Of a stretch of DNA of 64,000 nt, positions 21,361-30,700 are shown piece after piece (the stretch's first letter is position 1; the number at the start of each line of letters is the position of its first letter). The DNA is from Thermodesulfobacteriota bacterium (GTDB lineage: Bacteria; Desulfobacterota_D; UBA1144; Nemesobacterales; Mycalebacteriaceae). The DNA lies in contig OZ245366.1 in assembly GCA_965226585.1 (NCBI GenBank), positions 1,319,423-1,383,422 of the forward strand, given 5' to 3'. The notes below the pieces were generated by a model. It did no database searches, was not told the origin of the DNA, and saw only the letters and a list, made by a program, of their open reading frames with translations. Made by a program: the position numbers and the translations under genes.

Positions 21361-24300
21361 TTAGAACCTGTAATTAACTCCGCCCCTGAACTGTTGAATA
21401 AAAGTATCCACCGAAGAACTAAACCCGCCGCCATACTCAACACTCACATTAAACTTCTCGTAAGGGCTGTATTCTAAACCCGCCCCGTAGGTGAACATCA
21501 CCCTGTCCATTGTGCCGTCCACGGGAACATTATCCCTCTCAAGCCTTCCCTCAATCTCCGACTCAGGGTTAAGCACCTGTATATCCGCCCCTGTTTTTAT
21601 CCACATGTTTATCGTCTCATTGAGAGGAGTCCGCGCCTCTATTGACGGACTCACATACACAAGAAACTCACTTATCTCATCTACCCCAAAAGCGTCCATC
21701 GCCGCGTCTGCGTCCAAAGTGTTGTCTGCGTTTCTCGCAAGCGAAGTCTCATTAAACTTATCCGCCGTTATTTGCGATGCTCCAACCGCCACACGGGGGA
21801 AGAGAGCAAACTCTCCCATTAAAAACGGCCTTGACGCGCCTATCTCACCGCCAAATACCGTTGCGTCCACATCCGCCCGGTAACTGTTGCCCGCCGTTCT
21901 TGTCGCTTCCCAACTCGTTGACCCGTAACGCAGGTTGCCGTCAAGAACAAACTCATCAACCAACGCCTCGGCAAATATGCCGCCCATGAACCTTGTTGCG
22001 TCTCCGCTTGCTTTGCCCAGTCCTCTTGTGTCCGCCGCAGTCTCTGTTTCCGAACTCGCGTCTATGTTTGATACCTCATATCCGCCCGCGATGGAAACAA
22101 GCACTCCGCTGAACGGGGCTGATACTCCGCCGGTGAAGGAATAAACATCCTCGTCATACTCTATCGCCGATGTGTGCCTTGTGTATCTTCCGCCCGATGT
22201 TGCCCATACACATCCGCCAGTCCAAAACTCTCCGGAAATCTCATCACTCGCCGCTCCGCTGATTCCGCATCCTCGCGCCAACTTGTCGGCAAAGTTTCTG
22301 TCTGAACGATAGGCGGACTGTATCAGCGCGTCATATACATCCAAACTTGTGTCTTTGTGCGATGTTGCTCTTAAAAGCAGGTTGCCGTTTTCGTCTGTCT
22401 CAACACTTACCCTTTCGCCGGTTTCCGCGCTCAGGCGGTCTGCAAACTCTTGCATTTCCTCGCCTTCGGGCAGGTCATCCGCTTCAAAAATTGTGTACTC
22501 CGTTACATGCGCGCCGGGAACTTCAACTTCAACATTGAAACCCTCAACATCAGAGGCGGTTATCGTCCCCTCAAGGTTTATCAGCGGGTCGCCCGCCACG
22601 CTTTCAGGGTCTGCCGTGATAACAAGAGTCGCGCCTTCGCCGAACTTTATACTCTCAAGCCCGGTAAATCCGTCCGCGCCCTCAATCACTGTTGTGCCGT
22701 TGCTTATGAAGCGGTCATTACCGCCTTCGCCAAAGTCTATGCTCGCTTGAGTGTCCGCAGGAGCGGGGTCTATTGCAGAAAGACTGAAACGCGCCCCGCC
22801 GCCTGATGCCGGTGAAGATTGCGCCCCGGATGAAAGACGGAAACGTCCGGTTCCGCCGGCAGACGGAGTGGTTTCCGCATTCTCTAACATGAAAGAACCC
22901 ACAGTAAGCGTTGAACCCGTTTCAGTCGTAACGGTGTCTCCATCGCCCGCGCCGAGGTCAAGATTGCCCGTAAGCGTAAATGTGGAACCGCTCTTAATGG
23001 TAATCTCGTCATCACCGCCTCCGGTGTCTCCCGAACCCGTGAAATCTCCCTCGTTGTCGAAGGTATCCGCGCCATCGGCAAGTTCTATTCTGCCGGTTAT
23101 GTTGCCGTCTGCGTGGGTTGTTATAGTTATCCCCGCAGTGCTTTCGGAATCAATTGAAAAGTGAACCGCGTTCACAGCCGCCGTCTCCGTGCAGGCTGTG
23201 CCTGAAAGCACACCGCCGCAAACTATCGCGCCATTTCCAACTTGAAGTTGCTGACCAAGCGTTGCCGCGACTATCTTTACCGTGTTTCCGCCCGAACTGT
23301 TTGACCACACTCTCGCGTCTTCAAGGTTAATACCCGAAAGCCATGTGTAGATGGCTGAAGATGAAAGCCCCTCAGCCCATACTTCCGCCTTTACTCCAGC
23401 CGGTGCGGAGAGCTCAACTGTCGTTGGGGTGCCCAGATCTTCCGGCGGGAATGTAATACGCTGTCCCCTGTCGGAAGAGTTATGGGAAGAGCGAGGGACA
23501 GAGGAAGAGGAAGCTGCGGCAACCCTTCTTATGCTTATGGTGGCGGTGTCTGCGCCGTTTGACCATATCTGCGCTCCGGTTTCAAGCGAAACCAGTCCGC
23601 TTACCGTCTCTATCCTGACAGCGCCGGACTCAGTCCCTTCAGACCAAACCTGTTTCGGGTCAAAGTAAGTGCCCACTGCCGCCGGGTTGGTTGAAGAATG
23701 CGTGAAGTCAAAGGCAACCGCGTTGTCTCCGGTTGTCCAAACCTTGTTTATCTCTGTTATCCCTATGTTGGATTTGCCTGAAATCGTAAAGTCTCTAATT
23801 TTTACTGTCGCGCTTGATGTTTCAACACTTGCTGAGAACAGAGGTCCGGTTACGGAATCTCCCGACCTGAACGATGAGTTGGTTGATGTAACGGTTATGT
23901 CGTCATCTGAACCTGCTATTTTGAGTATCTCGCCGTCTTGAGAGTTGATGCCGACCACCGAGTTGTGAACCGTAAGTCCCACGGCGGAGCCCGCGCTCGC
24001 CGTCAAATCAAACACCACAGAGTTTTCGCCCTCCACCCAAACTTCCGCTCCGTCGTCTATGTTGATGGCAATGGGACCCCCTGCCGAGTCTGCTTCAAAC
24101 ACAGTGGAATTGGCTCCGTTTGTCCATGCCTGTGATGCGTTAAACCACGTAACGGTTGACACTTTTACCGCCGAAGAGTTGATTCCGGTTGTCCAAACCT
24201 GTCCGCCGCCGGAAGCATTCAAAATTGCTGAAACTATCGCGTTGCTTGACGCTCCGCCGCTCCACACTTTCGCGCCATTGACTGTTACGGCGGTTGTTGC

Positions 24301-27300
24301 CGTAACCGCATTGCTTGTGTCGCCGTTAGCCCAAACATTCGCGCCGTTCCAAATGTTCACAGTCGGAGCAACGATGGTGTCGGTTGCGCCGCCTTCCGTC
24401 CAGACCTGAGTGTCCGTGCTGTTGACTGTTGCGGCTGTTGTCGCCGAAACCGCCTGACTTCCCGCGCCGTTTGCCCACACTTTTACGCCGTCATTGATAT
24501 ATGCCGTTGTTCCTTTTACTGTCGGAACGCCGTCAACTGTTGTCCAAACCTCTCCCGTTGCGTCATCCGCCACTACGTTGACCGTTCCCGAAGCTCCCGC
24601 AGAAACCGCAGAACTGCCCGTGCCTTCCGCCCAAACCTTTCCTTCGTTTGAAACATTCAAAGTTGCCGTAACTATAGAACTGCTTGTCGCCCCGTTGCTC
24701 CACACTTTCGCGCCATTGACTGTTACGGAGGTTGTTGCCGTAACTGTGTTGCTTGTTACGCCGTTTGACCAAACATCTGCGCCGTTCCAAATGCTGACAG
24801 TTGGCGCAACTATGGTGTCGGTTGTGTTGCCTTCCGTCCAGACCTGAGTGCCCGTACTGTTGACTGTTGCTGTTGTTCTCGCCGAAACCGCCTGACTTCC
24901 CGCGCCGTTTGCCCACACTTTCACACCGTCATTGATAAATGCCGATGATGCGTCTTTTACTGTTGAAACGCCGTCAACTGTTGTCCAAACCTGTCCGTCT
25001 CCGTCTGCTGATACGATGTTGGCATTTATTCTGCTTCTCGCCGCAACCGCCGAACTTGTCGCGCCTTCCGCCCAAACCTTTCCACCGCCGGAAATATTCA
25101 AAGTTGCGGCAACTATCGTGTTGCTTGTCGCGCCGTTGCTCCACACATTCGCGTTATTGACTGTTACGGTGGTTGTTGCCCTAACCGCGTTACTTGTTAC
25201 GCCGTTTGACCACACATTCGCGCCGTTCCAAATATTGGTACGCGAAGCCGATACGGCGTCGCTTGTGTCGCCTTCCGCCCAGACCTGAGTGCCTGTGCCG
25301 TTGACTGTTGCTGCTACAGACGGTAGTGCTGACGTCGTTACCGACGCAACCGCCGCACTGCCCGCGCCGTTTGCCCACACTTTCACGCCGTCATTAATAA
25401 ATACCTCTGCTCCTTCTACTGTGTGAACTCCGCCAACCGTTGTCCAAACCTGTCCCGTTGCGTCATCCGCCACTATGTTGACCGTTCCCGAAGTTCCCGC
25501 AGCAACCGCCCCGCTTTCCGTGCCTACCGCCCAAACCTTTCCTTCATTTGAAACATTCAAAGTTGCCGTAACTACCGTGTTGCTTGATGCTCCGTTGCTC
25601 CAAACCTGCGCGTCATTAACTGTTACGGTTGTTGCCGCAACCGCTCTGCTTGTTACGCCGTTTGCCCAAACATCTGCTTTGTTCCAGATATTGACGGTTG
25701 TCGCAAGGATGGTGTCGGCTGTGCCGCCTTCGCTTGTCCAGACTTGGGTGCCCATGCCGTTGACTGTTGCCGTTGTCGCCGCAACCGCCTGACTTCCCGC
25801 TCCGTTTGCCCAAACTTTTACGCCGTCATTGATATGTGCCGTTGTCGCTTTTACTGTCGGAACGCCGCCAACCGTTGTCCAAACCTGTCCCGTTGCGTCA
25901 TCCGCCACTATGTTGACCGTCCCTGAAGTTCCCGCAGAAACCGCAGAACTTGTCGTGCCTTCCGCCCAAACCTTTCCTTCATTTGAAACATTCAAAGTTT
26001 CCGTAACTATAGAGTTGCTTGTCGCCCCGTTGCTCCACACTTTCGCGTTATTAACTGTTACAGAAGTTGTTGCCGTAACCGCATTGCTTGTTACGCCGTT
26101 TGCCCATACATCTGCGCCGTTCCAAATGCTGACAGTTGGAGCAACGATGGTGTCGGTTGTGTTGCCTTCCGTCCAGACCTGAGTGTCTGTACTGTTGACT
26201 GTTGCCGTTGTCGCCGCAACCGCCTGACTTTCCGCTCCGTTTGCCCATACTTTTACGCCGTCATTGATATATGCCGTTGTCGCTTTTACTGTTGAAACGC
26301 CGCCAACCGTTGTCCAAACCTGTCCCGTTGCGTCATCCGCCACTATGTTGACCGTCCCTGAAGTTCCCGCAGAAACCGCAGAACTTGTCGCGCCTTCCGC
26401 CCAAACCTTTCCTTCATTTGAAACATTCAAAGTTTCCGTAACTATAGAGTTGCTTGTCGCTCCGTTGCTCCACACTTTCGCGCCATTGACTGTTACGGTT
26501 GTTGCCGTAACTGTGTTGCTTGTTACGCCGTTTGCCCAAACATCTGCTTCGTTCCAAATGTTCACAGTTGTCGCAACTATGGTGTCGGCTGTGCCGCCTT
26601 CGCTTGTCCAGACCTGAGTGCCCGTGCCGTTGACTGTTGCCGTTGTCGCCGAAGCCGCCTGACTTCCCGCTCCATTTGCCCACACTTTCACGCCGTCATT
26701 GATATATGCCGTTGTCGCTTTTACTGTCGGAACGCCGCCAACCGTTGTCCAAACCTGTCCCGTTGCGTCATCCGCCACTATGTTGACCGTTCCCGAAGCT
26801 CCCGCAGAAACCGCAGAACTTGTCGCGCCTTCCGCCCAAACCTTTCCTTCGTTTGAAACATTCAAAGTTGCCGTAACTACCGTGTTGCTTGTCGCTCCGT
26901 TGCTCCACACTTTCGCGCCATTGACTGTTACGGAGGTTGTTGCCGTAACTGCGTTGCTTGTTACGCCGTTTGCCCAAACATCTGCGCCGTTCCAAATGTT
27001 CACAGTTGGCGCAACGATGGTGTCGGTTGTGTTGCCTTCCGTCCAGACCTGAGTGTCCGTACTGTTGACTGTTGCCGTTGTTCTCGCCGCAACCGCCTGA
27101 CTTCCCGCTCCGTTTGCCCACACTTTCACGCCGTCATTGATATATGCTAATGATGCTCCTCCTACTGTTGAAACACCGTTAACTGTTGTCCAAACCTGTC
27201 CGTCTCCGTCTGCTGATACGATGTTGGCCGTTATGCTACCTCTCGCATAAACCGCAGAACTGCCCGTGCCTTCCGCCCAAACCTTTCCACCGCCGGAAAT

Positions 27301-29568
27301 ATTCAAAGTTGTCGTAATTACCGTGTTGCTTGTCGCCCCGTTGCTCCACACATTCGCGTCATTAACTGTTACGGTGGCTGTTGCCCTAACCGCATTGCTT
27401 GTGTCGCCGTTAGCCCAAACATTCGCGCCGTTCCAAATGTTGACGGTTGACGCCCCGGAGATGGTGACGGTTGTGTCGCCTTCCGTCCAGACCTGAGTGC
27501 CTGCGCCGTTGACTGTTGCTGTTGTTACCTCAACCGCCCGAGTTCTCGCCCCGTTTGCCCAAACTTTCACACCGTCATTGATATACGCCGTTGTCGCTAC
27601 TACTGTCGGAAAGCCGCCAACCGCCCAAACCTCTCCCGTTGCGTCATCCGCCACTATGTTGACCGTTCCCGAACTTCCCGCAGAAACCGCCGCACTGCCC
27701 GTGCCGTTTGCCCAAACCTTTCCCTGGTTTGAAACATTCAAAGTTTCTGTAACTACCGTGTTGCTTGTCGCTCCGCTGCTCCACACTTTCGCGCCATTGA
27801 CTGTTACGGTTGTTGCCTTAACCGCATTGCTTGTCGCGCCGTTTGACCAAACATTCGCTTCGTTCCAAATGTTCACAGTTGTCGCAACTATGGTGTCGGC
27901 TGTGCCGCCTTCGCTTGTCCAGACTTGGGTGCCCATGCCGTTGACTGTTGCTGTTGTCGCCGAAACCGCCTGACTTCCCGCTCCGTTTGCCCAAACTTTT
28001 ACGCCGTCATTGATATATGCCGTTGTCGCTTTTACTGTTGAAGCGCCGCCAACCGTTGTCCAAACCTCTCCCGTTGCGTCATCCGCCACTATGTTGACCG
28101 TTCCTGAATCTCCCGCAGAAACCGCAGAACTTCCCGCGCCGTTTGCCCAAACCTTTCCACCGTTTGAAACATTCAAAGTTTCCGTAACTATAGAGTTGCT
28201 TGTGTCGCCTTCCGTCCACACTTCAGAGCCGTTGACCACAACAGTTGTTGCTGAAATGGCGTTGGCTGTCGCTCCGGTAGCCCGCACTTTTGAGGCGTTC
28301 CACACATTCACCGCGCCAGTTGTTGAGATTGTGGTGGCTTCCGTTTTGTTCGTCCATACATCCGCGCCGCTGACATCAACATCACCGGTCGCCAAAATCG
28401 CGAAATCCGAACCATTGCCGCCGACATCTGCGCCCACAATATTCACCGTTGACGCATTAATTGCCGCAAATCCGCCTTCCGTCCAGACGGAAAGACCGTC
28501 CGCTTCTCCCGCCACTACTGACAGGGTTCCCGTGGTTGAAGCTTCAATGGCAATACTTCCGGCTCCATCCGCAAAGATAACTGAACCGCCGTTTCCGCCT
28601 ATGTTTATGTCTCCGCCGCTTGTGGATGTTGCTATAATGCCGTTCCCGCCTGTGAGGGTTGAGCCTTTTCCGCCTCTTCCATAGACGACTCCGTTCGTGA
28701 GAGCGAGGTCAATGTTTCCGCTAACCGTGTTGGCTATGATGCCGTCTTTACCAAGTATGCAGGCGGTGTCGTTCATAAGTACCATGCTTATGGATCCCGT
28801 GCCTGCGGTGGATGCCGCCAAGCCGTAAGACTCTCCCACGGATGAGGCGATTATTGCCGCGCTGTCTATAAGTTCAACTGTTATGTCTCCGCTTGCGGAT
28901 GTGAGTGTCGCGCCTCTGGTGTCTTCAACTGTGTCTTCCTTGCCTGTGCCGCTTCTGGCTCCATACAGGTGGATTGCCGAATATATCCCGCTAAATGAAA
29001 GTTCAATATCTCCGCCTACTGTGTTTGCTATAAGACCGTTTGTGCCTTGTTTGTCTGAAACGATTATTCCCTGATTGGAGAAGTCCGCGACCACTTTTCC
29101 GCCTGTGGATGTTGCTATAATGCCGTTTCCGCCGGTTCCCCCGATTTTAACTTCTGTGACGTTGTGAATGTCTATATCCACATTGCCCGTTCCGGCTGTG
29201 ATGGTAACAACGTTTCCATCGCTTCCGCCTTTGGTGGTGGACGACTTATCATCGGTTCGGAAGGTAGCGTCAATCGCGCCGCCGATAACTACTGTGTCTC
29301 CACCTGTTTGGGTTGTTGTGATAGTTGAGTTGTAAGAGGTAAGGGTGGCAGACCCTGTGGTGGAGTTGACTGTAACAACGGGGTTGTCCGTAACAGAGTC
29401 AGGCACCCCGCCTGAGATGTTAAGCGCGGCGTCTCCTGTTGTGGAGGTACAATCAAACGCGGTTGCGGTTGTTGGGGTTACATCGCCGCAATCTGTTTGT
29501 GCATAAGCGGGCGGCGCAAAAGCAAATAGAACTGCGAACATAGAGATGATGGTTAATTTTCTGTGCAT
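21361..29568 (-). CDS. Giant autotransporter-like surface protein, paralog D, 2735 aa, with at least 8 tandem 145-aa super-repeats.
   Basis: Signal peptide MHRKLTIISMFAVLFAFAPPAYAQ. There is a 435-bp periodicity across ~24400–28000; the motif cgccgtcattgatatatgccgttgtcgcttttactgt recurs at 26256 and 26691. The barrel ends VNYRF. Confidence 0.9.
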   Translation of the reverse strand: MHRKLTIISMFAVLFAFAPPAYAQTDCGDVTPTTATAFDCTSTTGDAALNISGGVPDSVTDNPVVTVNSTTGSATLTSYNSTITTTQTGGDTVVIGGAIDATFRTDDKSSTTKGGSDGNVVTITAGTGNVDIDIHNVTEVKIGGTGGNGIIATSTGGKVVADFSNQGIIVSDKQGTNGLIANTVGGDIELSFSGIYSAIHLYGARSGTGKEDTVEDTRGATLTSASGDITVELIDSAAIIASSVGESYGLAASTAGTGSISMVLMNDTACILGKDGIIANTVSGNIDLALTNGVVYGRGGKGSTLTGGNGIIATSTSGGDINIGGNGGSVIFADGAGSIAIEASTTGTLSVVAGEADGLSVWTEGGFAAINASTVNIVGADVGGNGSDFAILATGDVDVSGADVWTNKTEATTISTTGAVNVWNASKVRATGATANAISATTVVVNGSEVWTEGDTSNSIVTETLNVSNGGKVWANGAGSSAVSAGDSGTVNIVADDATGEVWTTVGGASTVKATTAYINDGVKVWANGAGSQAVSATTATVNGMGTQVWTSEGGTADTIVATTVNIWNEANVWSNGATSNAVKATTVTVNGAKVWSSGATSNTVVTETLNVSNQGKVWANGTGSAAVSAGSSGTVNIVADDATGEVWAVGGFPTVVATTAYINDGVKVWANGARTRAVEVTTATVNGAGTQVWTEGDTTVTISGASTVNIWNGANVWANGDTSNAVRATATVTVNDANVWSNGATSNTVITTTLNISGGGKVWAEGTGSSAVYARGSITANIVSADGDGQVWTTVNGVSTVGGASLAYINDGVKVWANGAGSQAVAARTTATVNSTDTQVWTEGNTTDTIVAPTVNIWNGADVWANGVTSNAVTATTSVTVNGAKVWSNGATSNTVVTATLNVSNEGKVWAEGATSSAVSAGASGTVNIVADDATGQVWTTVGGVPTVKATTAYINDGVKVWANGAGSQAASATTATVNGTGTQVWTSEGGTADTIVATTVNIWNEADVWANGVTSNTVTATTVTVNGAKVWSNGATSNSIVTETLNVSNEGKVWAEGATSSAVSAGTSGTVNIVADDATGQVWTTVGGVSTVKATTAYINDGVKVWANGAESQAVAATTATVNSTDTQVWTEGNTTDTIVAPTVSIWNGADVWANGVTSNAVTATTSVTVNNAKVWSNGATSNSIVTETLNVSNEGKVWAEGTTSSAVSAGTSGTVNIVADDATGQVWTTVGGVPTVKATTAHINDGVKVWANGAGSQAVAATTATVNGMGTQVWTSEGGTADTILATTVNIWNKADVWANGVTSRAVAATTVTVNDAQVWSNGASSNTVVTATLNVSNEGKVWAVGTESGAVAAGTSGTVNIVADDATGQVWTTVGGVHTVEGAEVFINDGVKVWANGAGSAAVASVTTSALPSVAATVNGTGTQVWAEGDTSDAVSASRTNIWNGANVWSNGVTSNAVRATTTVTVNNANVWSNGATSNTIVAATLNISGGGKVWAEGATSSAVAARSRINANIVSADGDGQVWTTVDGVSTVKDASSAFINDGVKVWANGAGSQAVSARTTATVNSTGTQVWTEGNTTDTIVAPTVSIWNGADVWSNGVTSNTVTATTSVTVNGAKVWSNGATSSSIVTATLNVSNEGKVWAEGTGSSAVSAGASGTVNVVADDATGEVWTTVDGVPTVKGTTAYINDGVKVWANGAGSQAVSATTAATVNSTDTQVWTEGGATDTIVAPTVNIWNGANVWANGDTSNAVTATTAVTVNGAKVWSGGASSNAIVSAILNASGGGQVWTTGINSSAVKVSTVTWFNASQAWTNGANSTVFEADSAGGPIAINIDDGAEVWVEGENSVVFDLTASAGSAVGLTVHNSVVGINSQDGEILKIAGSDDDITVTSTNSSFRSGDSVTGPLFSASVETSSATVKIRDFTISGKSNIGITEINKVWTTGDNAVAFDFTHSSTNPAAVGTYFDPKQVWSEGTESGAVRIETVSGLVSLETGAQIWSNGADTATISIRRVAAASSSSVPRSSHNSSDRGQRITFPPEDLGTPTTVELSAPAGVKAEVWAEGLSSSAIYTWLSGINLEDARVWSNSSGGNTVKIVAATLGQQLQVGNGAIVCGGVLSGTACTETAAVNAVHFSIDSESTAGITITTHADGNITGRIELADGADTFDNEGDFTGSGDTGGGDDEITIKSGSTFTLTGNLDLGAGDGDTVTTETGSTLTVGSFMLENAETTPSAGGTGRFRLSSGAQSSPASGGGARFSLSAIDPAPADTQASIDFGEGGNDRFISNGTTVIEGADGFTGLESIKFGEGATLVITADPESVAGDPLINLEGTITASDVEGFNVEVEVPGAHVTEYTIFEADDLPEGEEMQEFADRLSAETGERVSVETDENGNLLLRATSHKDTSLDVYDALIQSAYRSDRNFADKLARGCGISGAASDEISGEFWTGGCVWATSGGRYTRHTSAIEYDEDVYSFTGGVSAPFSGVLVSIAGGYEVSNIDASSETETAADTRGLGKASGDATRFMGGIFAEALVDEFVLDGNLRYGSTSWEATRTAGNSYRADVDATVFGGEIGASRPFLMGEFALFPRVAVGASQITADKFNETSLARNADNTLDADAAMDAFGVDEISEFLVYVSPSIEARTPLNETINMWIKTGADIQVLNPESEIEGRLERDNVPVDGTMDRVMFTYGAGLEYSPYEKFNVSVEYGGGFSSSVDTFIQQFRGGVNYRF
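24400..28000. repeat. Intragenic tandem repeat in paralog D with a 435-bp unit (145 aa = ~7 VWxNG mini-repeats), at least 8 near-identical copies.
   Basis: The shadow ORFs at 24494, 24932, 25829, 26264 and 26699 are near-identical and spaced at multiples of ~435 bp. Direct sequence recurrence confirms the period. Confidence 0.8.
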
Positions 29569-29614
29569 AAGGGTTCCCCTCGGAGGGTTAAATTGGATTG
29601 ACTAATCTTCGGAA

Positions 29615-29643
29615 AAGATATAGTTCAACGGAAGTTGTGTCAA
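29615..29643 (-). promoter_or_regulatory. Putative σ70-type promoter for paralog D: -35 TTGACA at 29638-29643, a 17-nt spacer, and -10 TATCTT at 29615-29620 on the minus strand, followed by a GAGGGG Shine-Dalgarno before the ATG.
   Basis: The minus strand reads ...ctcTTGACAcaacttccgttgaactaTATCTTttcc. The whole ~120-bp leader is conserved upstream of paralog G at 49765-49900. Confidence 0.45.
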
Positions 29644-29689
29644 GAGTTGAAAAGGGAGACAGGAAAAAAATTTTTCATTCCTGCGGAGG

Positions 29690-30700
29690 CAGGAATCCGG
29701 CATTGGTTTAGCCGGTTGAATACCAGTTGAATACTGGATTCCGTGTCAGGCACGGAATGACGGGAGGGGGAAAAAGGCACGGAATGGCACACTTTCCCGT
29801 CATTCCTGCGGAAGCAGGAATCCAGTATTGGTTAGCCAGCTGAATACTGGATTCCGTGTCAGGCACGGAATGACGGGATGGGGAAAAAGGCACGGAATGG
29901 CACACTTTCCCGTCATTCCTGCGAAAGCAGGAATCCAGTATTGGTTTAGCCATGTTGAATACTGGATTCCGTGTCAGGCACGGAATGACGGAAAGGAAAA
30001 AAGGCGCGGAATGACACACTTTCCCGTCATTCCTGCGAAAGCAGGAATCCAGTATTGGTTAGCCAGTTGAATACTGGATTCCGTGTCAAGCACGGAATGA
30101 CGGGATGGGGAAAAAGGCACGGAATGGCACACTTTCCCGTCATTCCTGCGGAAGCAGGAATCCAGTATTGGTTTAGCCCAGTTGAATACTGGATTCCGTG
30201 TCAGGCACGGAATGACGGGATGGGGAAAAAGGCACGGAATGACACACTTTCCCGTCATTCCTGCGGAAGCAGGAATCCAGTATTGGTTAGCCAACTGAAT
30301 ACTGGATTCCGTGTCAGGCACGGAATGACGGGAGGGGAAAAAGGCACGGAATGACACACTTTCCCGTCATTCCTGCGGAAGCAGGAATCCAGTATTGGTT
30401 AGCCAGCTGAATACTGGATTCCGTGTCAGGCACGGAATGACGGGATGGGGAAAAAGGCACGGAATGGCACTTCCCCGTCATTCCTGCGGAAGCAGGAATC
30501 CAGTATTGGTTAACCAGTTGAATACTGGATTCCGTGTCAGGCACGGAATGACGGGATGGGGAAAAAGGCACGGAATGGCACACTTTCCCGTCATTCCTGC
30601 GGAAGCAGGAATCCAGTATTGGTTAACCAGTTGAATACTGGATTCCGTGTCAAGCACGGAATGACGGAAAGGAAAAAAAGGCACGGAATGACGGGATGGG
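29690..30700. repeat. Tandem array 3 of the ~113-bp palindromic repeat, ~9 units, lying between the E stop and the D promoter.
   Basis: ccag(t/c)tgaatactgg recurs every ~113 bp at 29730, 29838, 29953, 30065, 30180, 30293, 30406, 30519 and 30632. The loop varies between ggttaacc, ggttagcc and ggtttagcc. Confidence 0.9.

Noticed and set aside
24494-28684. Numerous plus-strand ORFs of 60-300 aa (e.g. 24494..24847, 25829..26182, 28010..28684, 44855..45778, 18078..18668).
   Set aside because: They are antisense shadow frames of the giant minus-strand genes. They are low-complexity (Ala/Pro/Thr/Val-rich), periodic with the 435-bp repeats, and lack independent start contexts.
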